NCBI GenBank assembly: GCA_965207455.1
Contig: CBDBMJ010000001.1
Location: 672,001 to 736,000 of the forward strand
Direction: 5' to 3'
From: Bdellovibrionota bacterium
Lineage (GTDB): Bacteria > Bdellovibrionota > UBA1018 > CAIPTA01 > JAALKR01
DNA length: 64,000 bases
The notes beneath the pieces were generated by a model. It was not told the origin of the DNA. It did not search any database and saw nothing but the letters and a program-made list of their open reading frames with translations. Numbering within the stretch: the first letter of the stretch is position 1; each line of letters starts with the position of its first letter. The position numbers and the translations under genes were made by a program. Of this stretch, positions 38,390-48,158 are shown in pieces.

Positions 38390-39607
38390 TTAGGTTACTT
38401 GTTGTAATTGTAATAGGGGTGCAAATACAGCCATAACAATTATACCAACCACAACACCCATCACTATAATCATTAATGGCTCTAAAAGCGTGGTCAATTT
38501 AGTTACTTGTATATCGACTATTTCTTCATAAGTATTGGATACACTTTGAAGCATCTCAGGTAACTCGCCCGTGCGCTCTCCAATAGTTATCATATGAATT
38601 ACTAATTTGGGAAATTCTCCACTTTTCTTTAAGGGTCCTGCTAAAGATTGTCCTTCCGATATATTACCAATAGCCATATCAATGGCTTCAGCTAATACCA
38701 CGTTATTTACAACTGCTTTTGTGATATTTAGGGCTGAAATAATAGACACCCCACCATTTAGTAGAGTAGCCATGGTATTGGAGAATCTATTTACAGCAAT
38801 AACTCTTATTAAATCTCCTAATACGGGTAATTTTAACATCACTTTATCCTTACGTTTTTTCCCTTTAGGGGAAGCAATATAGGTTCTAAAAAACCACATA
38901 AACACAAAAAATCCTATAATAAGTATCCACCAATAGGCAAGGGTGAATTCACTTATTTTGAGAATCACATTTGTATACCATGGCATGCTTTTATTCATTG
39001 AGTCAAATATTTTCGCTATCTTTGGAATCACAAATGTGAAAATTCCAAGCATGAGAACGCCACCAATGAAAAGCATTAGTATGGGATATGCCATGGCTGC
39101 CATAATTTTACTACGAAGACGGGATTGAGACTCTAAAAATTCCGCCAGTCGAATAAGAACGATGGAAAGGGTGCCTGAGGCCTCTCCAGCACCCACCATA
39201 TTGATAAAAATAGGGCTAAAGATATTATCATGCTTGGCGATTGCGGCCTGTAGGGAAGAACCTTCATTTACTTGCTGTCGAATGTCGGCCAATATTACTT
39301 TAAAACGTTCATTTTCTATTTGATCGATAACAGCTGCAAGAGCCTCCACGAGAGGAATATTCGCTTTAATGAGTGAAGCCAATTGCCTAGTCATAAGAGT
39401 AACTTCAGCAAAAGAGACCGATTCTTTACCAAGAAATTTTAAAAAGATAGCGGAAGAGTTCTTTTTTAAAGATTGTTCCTGAATGGATAACAATACTATA
39501 TTATTTCTCTTTAGCTTCTGACGTGCGATTTTTGAAGAGTCTGCTTCCACAATTCCACGAAGATTATTCCCATTCAAATCAGTTCCTGTATATTGAAAAA
39601 TAGCCAT
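38390..39607 (-). CDS. gspF: type II secretion inner-membrane platform protein GspF
   Basis: TRQLASL, GEASGTL, AMAYP, GERTGEL, LEPLMI. Confidence 0.93.
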   Translation of the reverse strand: MAIFQYTGTDLNGNNLRGIVEADSSKIARQKLKRNNIVLLSIQEQSLKKNSSAIFLKFLGKESVSFAEVTLMTRQLASLIKANIPLVEALAAVIDQIENERFKVILADIRQQVNEGSSLQAAIAKHDNIFSPIFINMVGAGEASGTLSIVLIRLAEFLESQSRLRSKIMAAMAYPILMLFIGGVLMLGIFTFVIPKIAKIFDSMNKSMPWYTNVILKISEFTLAYWWILIIGFFVFMWFFRTYIASPKGKKRKDKVMLKLPVLGDLIRVIAVNRFSNTMATLLNGGVSIISALNITKAVVNNVVLAEAIDMAIGNISEGQSLAGPLKKSGEFPKLVIHMITIGERTGELPEMLQSVSNTYEEIVDIQVTKLTTLLEPLMIIVMGVVVGIIVMAVFAPLLQLQQVT

Positions 39608-39608
39608 A

Positions 39609-41351
39609 TCAATCTCTCAAATGAAGAATCCTTGTAAGCTCCTGCACCGTAGTTATTCCTGCTAATATTTTCCGTATACCATCATCTCGAATTGTGAGCA
39701 TTCCATTCTTTATGGCTGCATCACGGATTTTGGCAGCATCTGCATGTTGCATGATTAAAGATCGTATTTCATCTTCTACCAACATGATTTCATGTATATT
39801 TACTCGACCAGAATATCCCGTATTATTGCAGCTAGCGCATCCCACTGCTTTATATAATGTGATGGGCCCCTTTATGGCATCCACATCGAGTTCTTTTAGC
39901 TCATCATCAGAGGGTTCATATGTTACCCGACACTTCTCACAAACACGGCGTATGAGTCTCTGGGCAATGACCCCTTGAACGGAGCTAGAAACAAGGAATG
40001 GCTCAATGCCCATATCGATGAGTCGAGGAAAAGAACCCGAAGCCTCATTTGTATGCATACTGGAAAATACTAAGTGGCCTGTTAGTGCTGCCGTGGTTGC
40101 AAGATCTGCGGTTTCTTCATCACGAATCTCACCCACCATGATGACATCGGGGTCTTGTCGCAAAAAATGACGCAATGCACGTGAGAAGTTTAGATCGATT
40201 TTAGGATTCACCTGCACCTGACCCACTCCACTGATTTGGTACTCAATGGGGTCCTCCACGGTTAAAATATTTATTTCTGGAGAGTTTATTTTTTCCAAAC
40301 AAGCAGCCATGGTTGTGGATTTTCCAGAACCCGTGGGTCCTGTGATTAAAATAATACCATTTTCTTTTTTAATTAATTTCTCTATTGAATCTAAGGATTT
40401 TCCTTCAAAACCGAGAGATTGCAGAGACATTAATTTCCCACCCTTTTCCAGCAATCGCATTACAATACGTTCTCCATATTGAGTGGGAATAGTAGAAAGG
40501 CGGATATCTATTTCTTTTCCTGCAACTTTTCTAAAAATTCTTCCATCTTGAGGTAAGCGTTTTTCTGCAATATCCAAATTCGACATAATTTTAATGCGAG
40601 AGGTAAGAGCAGAGTGAACTCGCTTGGGTTGGTGGAGAATATCATGAAGGACACCATCAATTCTGAAACGAATAATTACTTCTTTTTCAAAAGTTTCTAT
40701 ATGAATATCACTGGATTTTTCTTTTATAGCCCTATGAATTATTGAGTTTACAAATCGAATAATAGGAGCTTCATCCTCTTTTGCATCTAGAATGTCTATA
40801 GAGCTTTCGAAGTCATATTCATTTTCATCATCTTCTTCCTCTATATCCTTAATCATGTTTCCAGCTCCTTTTTCATACACACGATTGATAGCATCTTGTA
40901 TACGAATAGGACTACTTACAATGATATGAACGTCAATTCCATTAAATAAGACGCGCATATCTTCAATTACTTCTAAATTAAAAGGATCTCCAAGAGCAAT
41001 AATCAAAGTATTATCTGTTTTCTGGAGTGGAATCATATTCTTCGTTTTGGCATAATTTATGGGGATATCAATAATCAGATCGGGATCAATTTCATCTGGT
41101 TTTAAATTTTCTTCATATTCTAAATCCATTTGGACGCATAGTGCTCGAATGATTTCATGAGGCAAGACAAATTTTTTTTCTAATAAAATATTGCCAAGCC
41201 GTTTTCCGCTAGTTTCCTTTATTGAGATGGCTTCGGCTAGCTGCTCTTTAGTGAGCTTTGTATGTTTTAATAGAATTTCCCCGATTTTAAGTGGAGATTC
41301 ATTATTTTCTAAACTATTCATCAAAAAAATCTCTTTCTGTGTCATTATCAT
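39609..41351 (-). CDS. gspE: type II secretion ATPase GspE
   Basis: Walker A GPTGSGKST, TVEDPIE, LRQDPDVIMVGEIRD, tetracysteine motif; N-terminal MshEN-like repeats. Confidence 0.95.
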   Translation of the reverse strand: MIMTQKEIFLMNSLENNESPLKIGEILLKHTKLTKEQLAEAISIKETSGKRLGNILLEKKFVLPHEIIRALCVQMDLEYEENLKPDEIDPDLIIDIPINYAKTKNMIPLQKTDNTLIIALGDPFNLEVIEDMRVLFNGIDVHIIVSSPIRIQDAINRVYEKGAGNMIKDIEEEDDENEYDFESSIDILDAKEDEAPIIRFVNSIIHRAIKEKSSDIHIETFEKEVIIRFRIDGVLHDILHQPKRVHSALTSRIKIMSNLDIAEKRLPQDGRIFRKVAGKEIDIRLSTIPTQYGERIVMRLLEKGGKLMSLQSLGFEGKSLDSIEKLIKKENGIILITGPTGSGKSTTMAACLEKINSPEINILTVEDPIEYQISGVGQVQVNPKIDLNFSRALRHFLRQDPDVIMVGEIRDEETADLATTAALTGHLVFSSMHTNEASGSFPRLIDMGIEPFLVSSSVQGVIAQRLIRRVCEKCRVTYEPSDDELKELDVDAIKGPITLYKAVGCASCNNTGYSGRVNIHEIMLVEDEIRSLIMQHADAAKIRDAAIKNGMLTIRDDGIRKILAGITTVQELTRILHLRD

Positions 41352-43776
41352 CGTCTATTTGATTGAATTTATCCTCATCAGAGTTTTCTTTTATTTTATT
41401 TAAATCTGGAAGATTATCTTTAATGGCTTGTATTTCTCTTGAGGATGGGTCTTTACCGCCTAAGTTATTATAAATAAATTCTTCTCTTCTTTTAATTCGC
41501 TCAGTTAGTAGGCTTCGAGTTCTACTATGTTTGGTGATAATATGGGGAGTTATGAATATTATTAAGTCCACTTTTGATGTACTAATAGAAGAGTTTTTAA
41601 ATAACCAACCAAGCACAGGAATATCTCCTAAAATAGGTACTTTATTGATAGTTCTTTCTGATTTTTCTCTAATAAGTCCACTGATTACAGCAGTATCGTT
41701 ATTTTTTATTATTACAGTTGTTTTCGTGCTTCTGGAGCTTCTACCTACTGCACTATCAGTTAAAGCTGAAGGAACATTGGATTTGGTAAATTCTTGTAAT
41801 GTTTGTTCTATCTTTAATTTTACAGAGTCAGATTCTCTGTTGATTTGCGGAGTAACTTTTAATTTTAAACTTGCTTTTTGTAAATCAAATGATGTAGTAA
41901 CATTGCCACCAGTAGCTCCTACAACTGTTTTTCGAAAAGGTACTTCATCACTAATTTCCACTATTGATTCTTCATTATCCATGGCTACAATTTGAGGGGC
42001 AGCAACCACATTTCCACTTCCAGAGGATTGTAATAATTCCACTAGCCCTTGCAAATCATAAACCTTTAAATCACTATTAGGTAAGTTTTTTAAGCCTCCT
42101 CTTTTGAAACCTAGAGATAATCCTGGCGAAGGAGAACCTGCAATGAAATTTTGCAAATTGACACTAGGAAAAGAAATTCCATTTTTTGGATTGATAAAAG
42201 AAAATCCATATCCATCAGTTTTATTAATTGCCAGTTCCATAATAATAGCTTCTACAAAAACTTGATTTCTAGGAATATCTAATTTTTTAATGACTCCCGT
42301 TAATGTAATAAAATCTTGAGGTGAAGCTGTAATCACAAGAGATTGAGTTGCTTTGTCTGGACTAATTAGTATTTGATCTTGAAAAATACTAGCTGTATTA
42401 TTATCTAGACCAGATCTACTATATCGATTATATGTGGAGCTACCTCTTTTGGGTCTCTGCTTTTTTGAATTTGAAGTTATGGCACCAAGAGATTTTGATA
42501 TTTGTTCCGCATCGGAATGTTTTAAACGATATACATGAATTCGACTGTTCTTTTGAGAAGAATCTAATTCAGTATCTAATTTGCGTACTAATTTTTTAAT
42601 TTCTATTATGCCAGATTTATTTGCTTTTACAATCAAGCTATTTGTTCGCTCATCAGCGATGATCTGACTTATGGAAATATTTCCTTGGCTAGTGTCACTC
42701 ATTTTATTATTAAATCTACGCCTGCTGGAAACTCTACTTCTACTACTTCTTCTTGAACTACTGCTGTCTGAACTTATTATTTTTTCAATCAAATTAGCTA
42801 TATCTTTAGCGGCAGCATATAAAATTGGAATCACTTCTAAAGATTCTTGAAATCCCTTAACGTCAAGTATTTCAATTAGTTCTAGGATTCGTCTTATATG
42901 TGCAGCAGTATCTGTGATAATTAATGTATTGGTTTGTTTATAAGCAGCAATTCGACCAGTTCGAGGTATCCATTGACTAAATGTCTTTCGTACTTCTTCT
43001 GCATTGATATATTTTAAAGAAATGATTCTTGTTATATATTGATCCGTATTTGGTGTATTTTTTCCTGTATAAATAGGAATTTGTTTTGTTTTTGCATTAC
43101 TCGACTGTTCAATTCGTAAGTACTCTCCAGAAGGTATAATAGTATATCCTTTTAAATCCAATGCAGTTAAAAATGCCTTCCATGCATCCCCTACAGTTAT
43201 GGAGGATTCAGAAACAATGGATATTTTACCTTTAATTTGTTGTGCATTATAAATGAAATTTTTTCCAGTCAATTTAGCTATAGCTTTTACTATGGTTAAT
43301 ATTTCTGTATCAGGATAATGAAAGTTTTGCACTATTTCTTTAGAATTTGCAAAGTTTGTATTCCTTTTACTTTTTGTAGATATTATTAAATCTTTTCCTG
43401 AGCTTTTAGTATTGGTACTATTACTAGTACTGTTTCTACTACTGTCTCTAGTACTGCTGTTGTCACTACTTCTACCATAATCAGACCGTTCTCTTCCTTT
43501 ATTTCTTTCTATTATTTTTAGACCTTTTTTCAACAAATCCTCTTCTTCTTCCTCCTCCTCTTGCTTTTTTATATCGATTTCTCTTCCTTCCATTCCTTCT
43601 CTTTCTCTATCATTATCAAAAAATATTTTTTTATCTGAGTTTGGATTTTTAGGTAAATTATTGAACGGATTTTTTATGGAGTCATCTTGTGCAAATAGTG
43701 CACCTGACATTGTCAGGATTAAGCAGAATCCGAAGATAATTAATTTAATGTATCTAGTGTTTTGTTTCATTTTCAT
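41314..43776 (-). CDS. gspD: type II secretion secretin GspD
   Basis: N0-N3 domains, LDIPRNQVFVEA, KVPILGDIPVLGWLF, IFITPHII. Confidence 0.93.
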   Translation of the reverse strand: MKMKQNTRYIKLIIFGFCLILTMSGALFAQDDSIKNPFNNLPKNPNSDKKIFFDNDREREGMEGREIDIKKQEEEEEEEDLLKKGLKIIERNKGRERSDYGRSSDNSSTRDSSRNSTSNSTNTKSSGKDLIISTKSKRNTNFANSKEIVQNFHYPDTEILTIVKAIAKLTGKNFIYNAQQIKGKISIVSESSITVGDAWKAFLTALDLKGYTIIPSGEYLRIEQSSNAKTKQIPIYTGKNTPNTDQYITRIISLKYINAEEVRKTFSQWIPRTGRIAAYKQTNTLIITDTAAHIRRILELIEILDVKGFQESLEVIPILYAAAKDIANLIEKIISSDSSSSRRSSRSRVSSRRRFNNKMSDTSQGNISISQIIADERTNSLIVKANKSGIIEIKKLVRKLDTELDSSQKNSRIHVYRLKHSDAEQISKSLGAITSNSKKQRPKRGSSTYNRYSRSGLDNNTASIFQDQILISPDKATQSLVITASPQDFITLTGVIKKLDIPRNQVFVEAIIMELAINKTDGYGFSFINPKNGISFPSVNLQNFIAGSPSPGLSLGFKRGGLKNLPNSDLKVYDLQGLVELLQSSGSGNVVAAPQIVAMDNEESIVEISDEVPFRKTVVGATGGNVTTSFDLQKASLKLKVTPQINRESDSVKLKIEQTLQEFTKSNVPSALTDSAVGRSSRSTKTTVIIKNNDTAVISGLIREKSERTINKVPILGDIPVLGWLFKNSSISTSKVDLIIFITPHIITKHSRTRSLLTERIKRREEFIYNNLGGKDPSSREIQAIKDNLPDLNKIKENSDEDKFNQIDDDNDTERDFFDE

Positions 43777-43781
43777 ACTCC

Positions 43782-44858
43782 TTATTCGATATTGTAAATC
43801 ATGTTAAACTTTTTTGAGCCTCTTTGAAGAGATAGTTCAATTTTATCTGCCGATTTTAATTGATAAAATAACTCAAAAGCTTTAGATGGGTCGTTTAATG
43901 ATTCGCCATTTATTTCATATATTATGTCGTTATTTTTTAGGCCCAATTTATCATATATGGAGCCTTTTTTGATTTGCATACAACGATATCCTTCTTGCTG
44001 CCCATTCACATTATTTGGAATACATCGAGCTTGTCGCATGATCTTTTTGATGTTTTTTAAAGAATTATTTACTTCTTCTCTGTCAATTTTCATGACTTTA
44101 TCTTCAATTTCTTGGGAGGAAGAGGAATTATTGAAATTTCTGTAACTTCTAGAAGAAGTTCTTATTGGAAGGCTGTTTACTTCTTCTGGAATTTCAATAT
44201 ATTCCTTTCTATTTGTTTTTTTATTAATAAAAATTAACTGATTATCTGTTATATCGTAAATGATTAAATCAGGATCCATTGGCTCATTGATTCGAACAGC
44301 TACAGTTGTATTGGCCTTTCTATCATTTACACTTGCAATACTTTTCAATCTATCTTGAAGAATAATAACTCCAAGTAAATCAAGAGGAAGTGAGGATTTT
44401 ACAGCGGTACCATCAACATCTGGTATAGCATTCCGTATATCCGGTATTAAACCGTCTTTATTAAATAAATTTCTTTTAAATATTTGACTATACTCTTGAA
44501 TACCTATAATACTTATTTTTTTAGATATAGGTTGTATGGGCTCTACATTAGGTATATAAACACCCATTATGGCTAGAACTAAATCAGCAGCCAAGTAAGC
44601 ACATAGAATAATGGCAACGCAGTTGATATATATATATCGATTCTTATAAAGAGCTATTTTTTTAGATAATCGTTTCGTATCTAGGTGGGAAGCAACCTGT
44701 GATAGTTTTCCTACTTTAGGCTTGAGGTTGATATTTTTAAATTTGGCTTTAGAAGGGAAGCTCATTTTCTTAAAAGGAAAGGGTGGGATTCCCTTTATTT
44801 TTTTCAGGATGTTTTTGAGGCTGAGCCTCTTGAAAAGTAGTAATAATTTTCTATACAC
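43782..44858 (-). CDS. gspC: type II secretion protein GspC (PDZ-containing)
   Basis: TM helix, RNLF, PDZ segment GSIYDKLGLKNNDII..ING. True start may lie downstream (e.g. ATG 44765). Confidence 0.85.
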   Translation of the reverse strand: MYRKLLLLFKRLSLKNILKKIKGIPPFPFKKMSFPSKAKFKNINLKPKVGKLSQVASHLDTKRLSKKIALYKNRYIYINCVAIILCAYLAADLVLAIMGVYIPNVEPIQPISKKISIIGIQEYSQIFKRNLFNKDGLIPDIRNAIPDVDGTAVKSSLPLDLLGVIILQDRLKSIASVNDRKANTTVAVRINEPMDPDLIIYDITDNQLIFINKKTNRKEYIEIPEEVNSLPIRTSSRSYRNFNNSSSSQEIEDKVMKIDREEVNNSLKNIKKIMRQARCIPNNVNGQQEGYRCMQIKKGSIYDKLGLKNNDIIYEINGESLNDPSKAFELFYQLKSADKIELSLQRGSKKFNMIYNIE

Positions 44859-44870
44859 TTTGAAAATTAT

Positions 44871-44886
44871 TGCAAGAATCCAGCCA
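44871..44886 (-). promoter_or_regulatory. putative sigma54 promoter for the gsp operon
   Basis: TGGCTGGATTCTTGCA on the minus strand; exact GG-N10-GC spacing. Confidence 0.6.
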
Positions 44887-45005
44887 TAATTATACCTTTT
44901 TTTTATCGTGTATTTTGCCTATAATAGGGCTATTATTGTGTTAATAGGGAAGTTTAGGGATGAGGGAATGGCAAAATAGCAAAAAACCTTTGGCAAAATG
45001 GCAAT

Positions 45006-45419
45006 TTATTTTTCCATAATTTCAACTTTATCTCCTGCAATAATATTTTTATGGCGACTACTGATTGCACGAGCAAGGGGAAGGGGTTTATTTTTCAATA
45101 CACGCCCTATGGATCGATTATTTTCTACACTAATTACGGTTAGAATACCTATCGGAAATGTGAAAACTTGGCTTTCATTTTCTTTTAACTGATTTATTGC
45201 CTTGATCTTGCGGATTACTTTTAGCTTAGAACCCACTTTAATTCCTTGATCTGATCCAATATTCATATAATAATCCTTTATGCGAGGTTCTTTATCGCTC
45301 ATGGGAAAATCTATATTGGTGCCAATAACAAGAAACTCGGTATTTCCATGGGCAACACGGTTTCCTGTGAATGATAGTCCCAGTACCATTAGAGCAAAAA
45401 AAATAGCATTTTTCTTCAT
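45006..45419 (-). CDS. hypothetical exported protein
   Basis: Signal peptide ending AHG; small beta-rich domain (YMNIGSDQGIKVGS). Confidence 0.75.
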   Translation of the reverse strand: MKKNAIFFALMVLGLSFTGNRVAHGNTEFLVIGTNIDFPMSDKEPRIKDYYMNIGSDQGIKVGSKLKVIRKIKAINQLKENESQVFTFPIGILTVISVENNRSIGRVLKNKPLPLARAISSRHKNIIAGDKVEIMEK

Positions 45420-45451
45420 AGCTTTTCTCTCGACATTTCGAACAGAAAAGT

Positions 45452-47269
45452 TTAGATAATTACTCGTACTCCACCCAATTCGGCAATATTATGGGGTAAG
45501 CTGTCTCCTGGGCAGGAAATAAACATATAGTTTACGGCCACGTTTAGTCGACGGCTAAGTGCTTGTATTGTTTCCGGGCTAAAGACTCCTTTTACTGTTA
45601 ACAGGTCAAGGTGTACGTTGGGGTAGGCCTTACTTAAAAACAAAAGGTTATTTTGGAAAGTACTGGAAATCTCTATATTGTCTTTATCTAGGTAGACAAT
45701 CTGGATATGGGATGAAGATTCGTTTTCTTGAATGTATAGGAGTGCACGATTGAGGTTTTTTAAATCGTCACCTCTGGAGAAATATATTACGGGTCGTTTT
45801 CTAGTATTTTTAATGAAATTTAAAATATATTTCTGAACCTGGGAGTTGGTGACAGTGATGTGTTGAAAAATATCTCGTATAATTTTTAATAGTAAAGACA
45901 TGATTTGAGACCTCAGGAGCATGGCACTTACTAAAATCATACTTATGAAAAAATAATTAAAGAAAATAATAAAATCTTTTCCAATAAAGAAAATATTTCC
46001 TATGAGTCCCAGTATGGCAGCAAAAAAAGCTAGACCAACCTCATACCAAGTGGATTTCACTGATCTGGGTAGGCGACTTCTTTTCACCTTCAGCAACATA
46101 TTTCCAAACGCAAATAAAATCATTACAGATAGGAAAGATATGGTATATACACTGGCAAGGCTAGTGAGCTTGCCTTTTGTGGAAATATAAATAGAGCAAC
46201 ATAGAATCCAAAAGGTGGTAATAGCTATAATATCTGTTTTCCATGGAGTTCGTTTAAGAAGAAATTGAGGAAGGCAACCGTCTAAAGTCATTCTACGAAT
46301 TAAACCATTGGAGCCAACAAAAGCCGTTAGTACGGCACCAGATAGGACTAATGTGGCATCGATACTAATTAATGTTTTTAACCAAGAACCACTAATTTCT
46401 CCGCCCATATGGGCTAGCAAATCCTCTGAATGGTTAGAAATTTCATTCATGGGAACAATGCCTAAAGCCAGCAAGGCAAGTAGAGGATTAAAAATAATTA
46501 CCAGTAGCCACATATTTCTCAGTGTTTTGGGAAATACGCCTTTTTCCTGTTCTTCCACAAAATTTGCAGAGCTTTCAAAGCCACTAATACCTAAAAAGGC
46601 AGCAGAAAAACCAATAAGCAGTGCCATGGGCCATGCGTGGGGTAGGGGGGCAGCCATATTGTTGAGAAAAATTTCAGGTTGTAGAATCAATGAAAAAACA
46701 CCTAAGACAGAGAGAAACACCATAGAGAAAATATGAAAGATGAAAATACACAGGGCTACGCGAGCAGATTCCCCAATGCCTGCAATGGCCAATAAAGCAA
46801 AACCACTCAATAGAATAAGTACGGATTCCTTAATGGGAATAAAATGGAAGAGATTTTGTGCATAATGAATAGCTTCACTGGCACTAATTACGGCTGTGGC
46901 TAGGTAAGAGAGTATGGTGAGGCAAGCAGCCATAGAGGCTCGTAGCTTGGTTGTAGTATTTAAAAGAGCATTATAGGCTCCTCCATTTAAGGGAAGAGCA
47001 GATACCACTTCTGTATAGACTTTACGAAATAGGTAGAGTACGAGGCCTATGGCAAGAAGAGCTACAGGGGCAAGTTTTCCAGCCACTCCAATAGTAATAG
47101 CAGAAACATACAAACAACTGGAGCCAATATCGTTACCACAGATAGCAGTACTAAGAAGTTCATTTAATTTTTTTTTTGGAGAACTGCGAGCAACACTCCG
47201 AACTTCAAGATCTGTGATTTTTTCTATGGAGATTCTTCCAATTAATAAGTTTTGTTTTCCTTCAGTCAT
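45452..47269 (-). CDS. APC family permease with C-terminal soluble domain
   Basis: TAICGNDIGSSCLYV, LPLNGGAY, GISGFES; many TM helices. Confidence 0.88.
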   Translation of the reverse strand: MTEGKQNLLIGRISIEKITDLEVRSVARSSPKKKLNELLSTAICGNDIGSSCLYVSAITIGVAGKLAPVALLAIGLVLYLFRKVYTEVVSALPLNGGAYNALLNTTTKLRASMAACLTILSYLATAVISASEAIHYAQNLFHFIPIKESVLILLSGFALLAIAGIGESARVALCIFIFHIFSMVFLSVLGVFSLILQPEIFLNNMAAPLPHAWPMALLIGFSAAFLGISGFESSANFVEEQEKGVFPKTLRNMWLLVIIFNPLLALLALGIVPMNEISNHSEDLLAHMGGEISGSWLKTLISIDATLVLSGAVLTAFVGSNGLIRRMTLDGCLPQFLLKRTPWKTDIIAITTFWILCCSIYISTKGKLTSLASVYTISFLSVMILFAFGNMLLKVKRSRLPRSVKSTWYEVGLAFFAAILGLIGNIFFIGKDFIIFFNYFFISMILVSAMLLRSQIMSLLLKIIRDIFQHITVTNSQVQKYILNFIKNTRKRPVIYFSRGDDLKNLNRALLYIQENESSSHIQIVYLDKDNIEISSTFQNNLLFLSKAYPNVHLDLLTVKGVFSPETIQALSRRLNVAVNYMFISCPGDSLPHNIAELGGVRVII

Positions 47270-48158
47270 GAGGTATTTTTTCTCCTATTTTCTCTCCTAA
47301 CTGAATAAAACATTCTGTTTTCTGTTTTGTTTTTTTGATAATGTCAGTATCTGGCATCCATTTGTTTTCCTCACCAATAAGAATAACAGTGGAGCCTCCA
47401 AAAAGGAAGTAGCCTTTTTCGTCACCACGTTGGGATTGCTTGAAAAAATTGCTTTGTATAATGGTGCTCACAAATAGGGCGCCAACTTCAATATAAGCTA
47501 TTTTTCCAAAATTTTTTGTTTCTAAAATGCTTACTTGTCGCTCGTTAGTAAATAAGATATTTTTTTTGAATTTTAATGCTATTGGATTTACGGAATGGAA
47601 CTTTCCGTTTAAATGATAGTGTTCCAGTAGAGTGCTTTCGTCAATATAATGAAATCGATGATAATCTGTTGGGCAAAGTCGGGCCACATAGCAAGGTCCA
47701 TTACGGAATGTATCTGCCCATTTTTTTCGTCCAAGAATTTTATCTACAGGTAACCATAGGCCTTTTACTGGAATGGATTTTTTAGAACTTAGTTTCTCAT
47801 AGGCAAGATAGCGTCCTTCACAAAAAGCAGGAATTTGAGATTCTGTTTGTACAAATGAACGGGAATTTTTCTTAAATTTTCGAGTGAAAAAATGATTAAA
47901 AGAAGGGTAATTTCTTTTCTCATAGTCTGCCATATTTACGGAAAATTGTTGGATAAATGGACGGATTTTTTTTTGACTATGTCTTGTATTTTGATAGGAA
48001 CCATATAGGCTACTCACCCAAGAATTTTTTGCTATTATATTGCTAATAGCGCGACCAATGGGATTTCCATAGAGGAGCCGAATGGGGAGCTCTCCATAGA
48101 CAAACTCCACTTCCTCACATGCTTTTTTTCGATTCCAAAACTTGATTTGTTTTTTCAT
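47262..48158 (-). CDS. psd: phosphatidylserine decarboxylase proenzyme
   Basis: FNHFFTR, RLCPTDYHRFH, HSVNP, NER, EVGA, FGGST self-cleavage motif. Confidence 0.9.
   Translation of the reverse strand: MKKQIKFWNRKKACEEVEFVYGELPIRLLYGNPIGRAISNIIAKNSWVSSLYGSYQNTRHSQKKIRPFIQQFSVNMADYEKRNYPSFNHFFTRKFKKNSRSFVQTESQIPAFCEGRYLAYEKLSSKKSIPVKGLWLPVDKILGRKKWADTFRNGPCYVARLCPTDYHRFHYIDESTLLEHYHLNGKFHSVNPIALKFKKNILFTNERQVSILETKNFGKIAYIEVGALFVSTIIQSNFFKQSQRGDEKGYFLFGGSTVILIGEENKWMPDTDIIKKTKQKTECFIQLGEKIGEKIPHD

Noticed and set aside
47262..48158. psd as part of the phosphonolipid pathway
   Set aside because: More than 30 kb from the cluster and explained by ordinary phosphatidylethanolamine synthesis.
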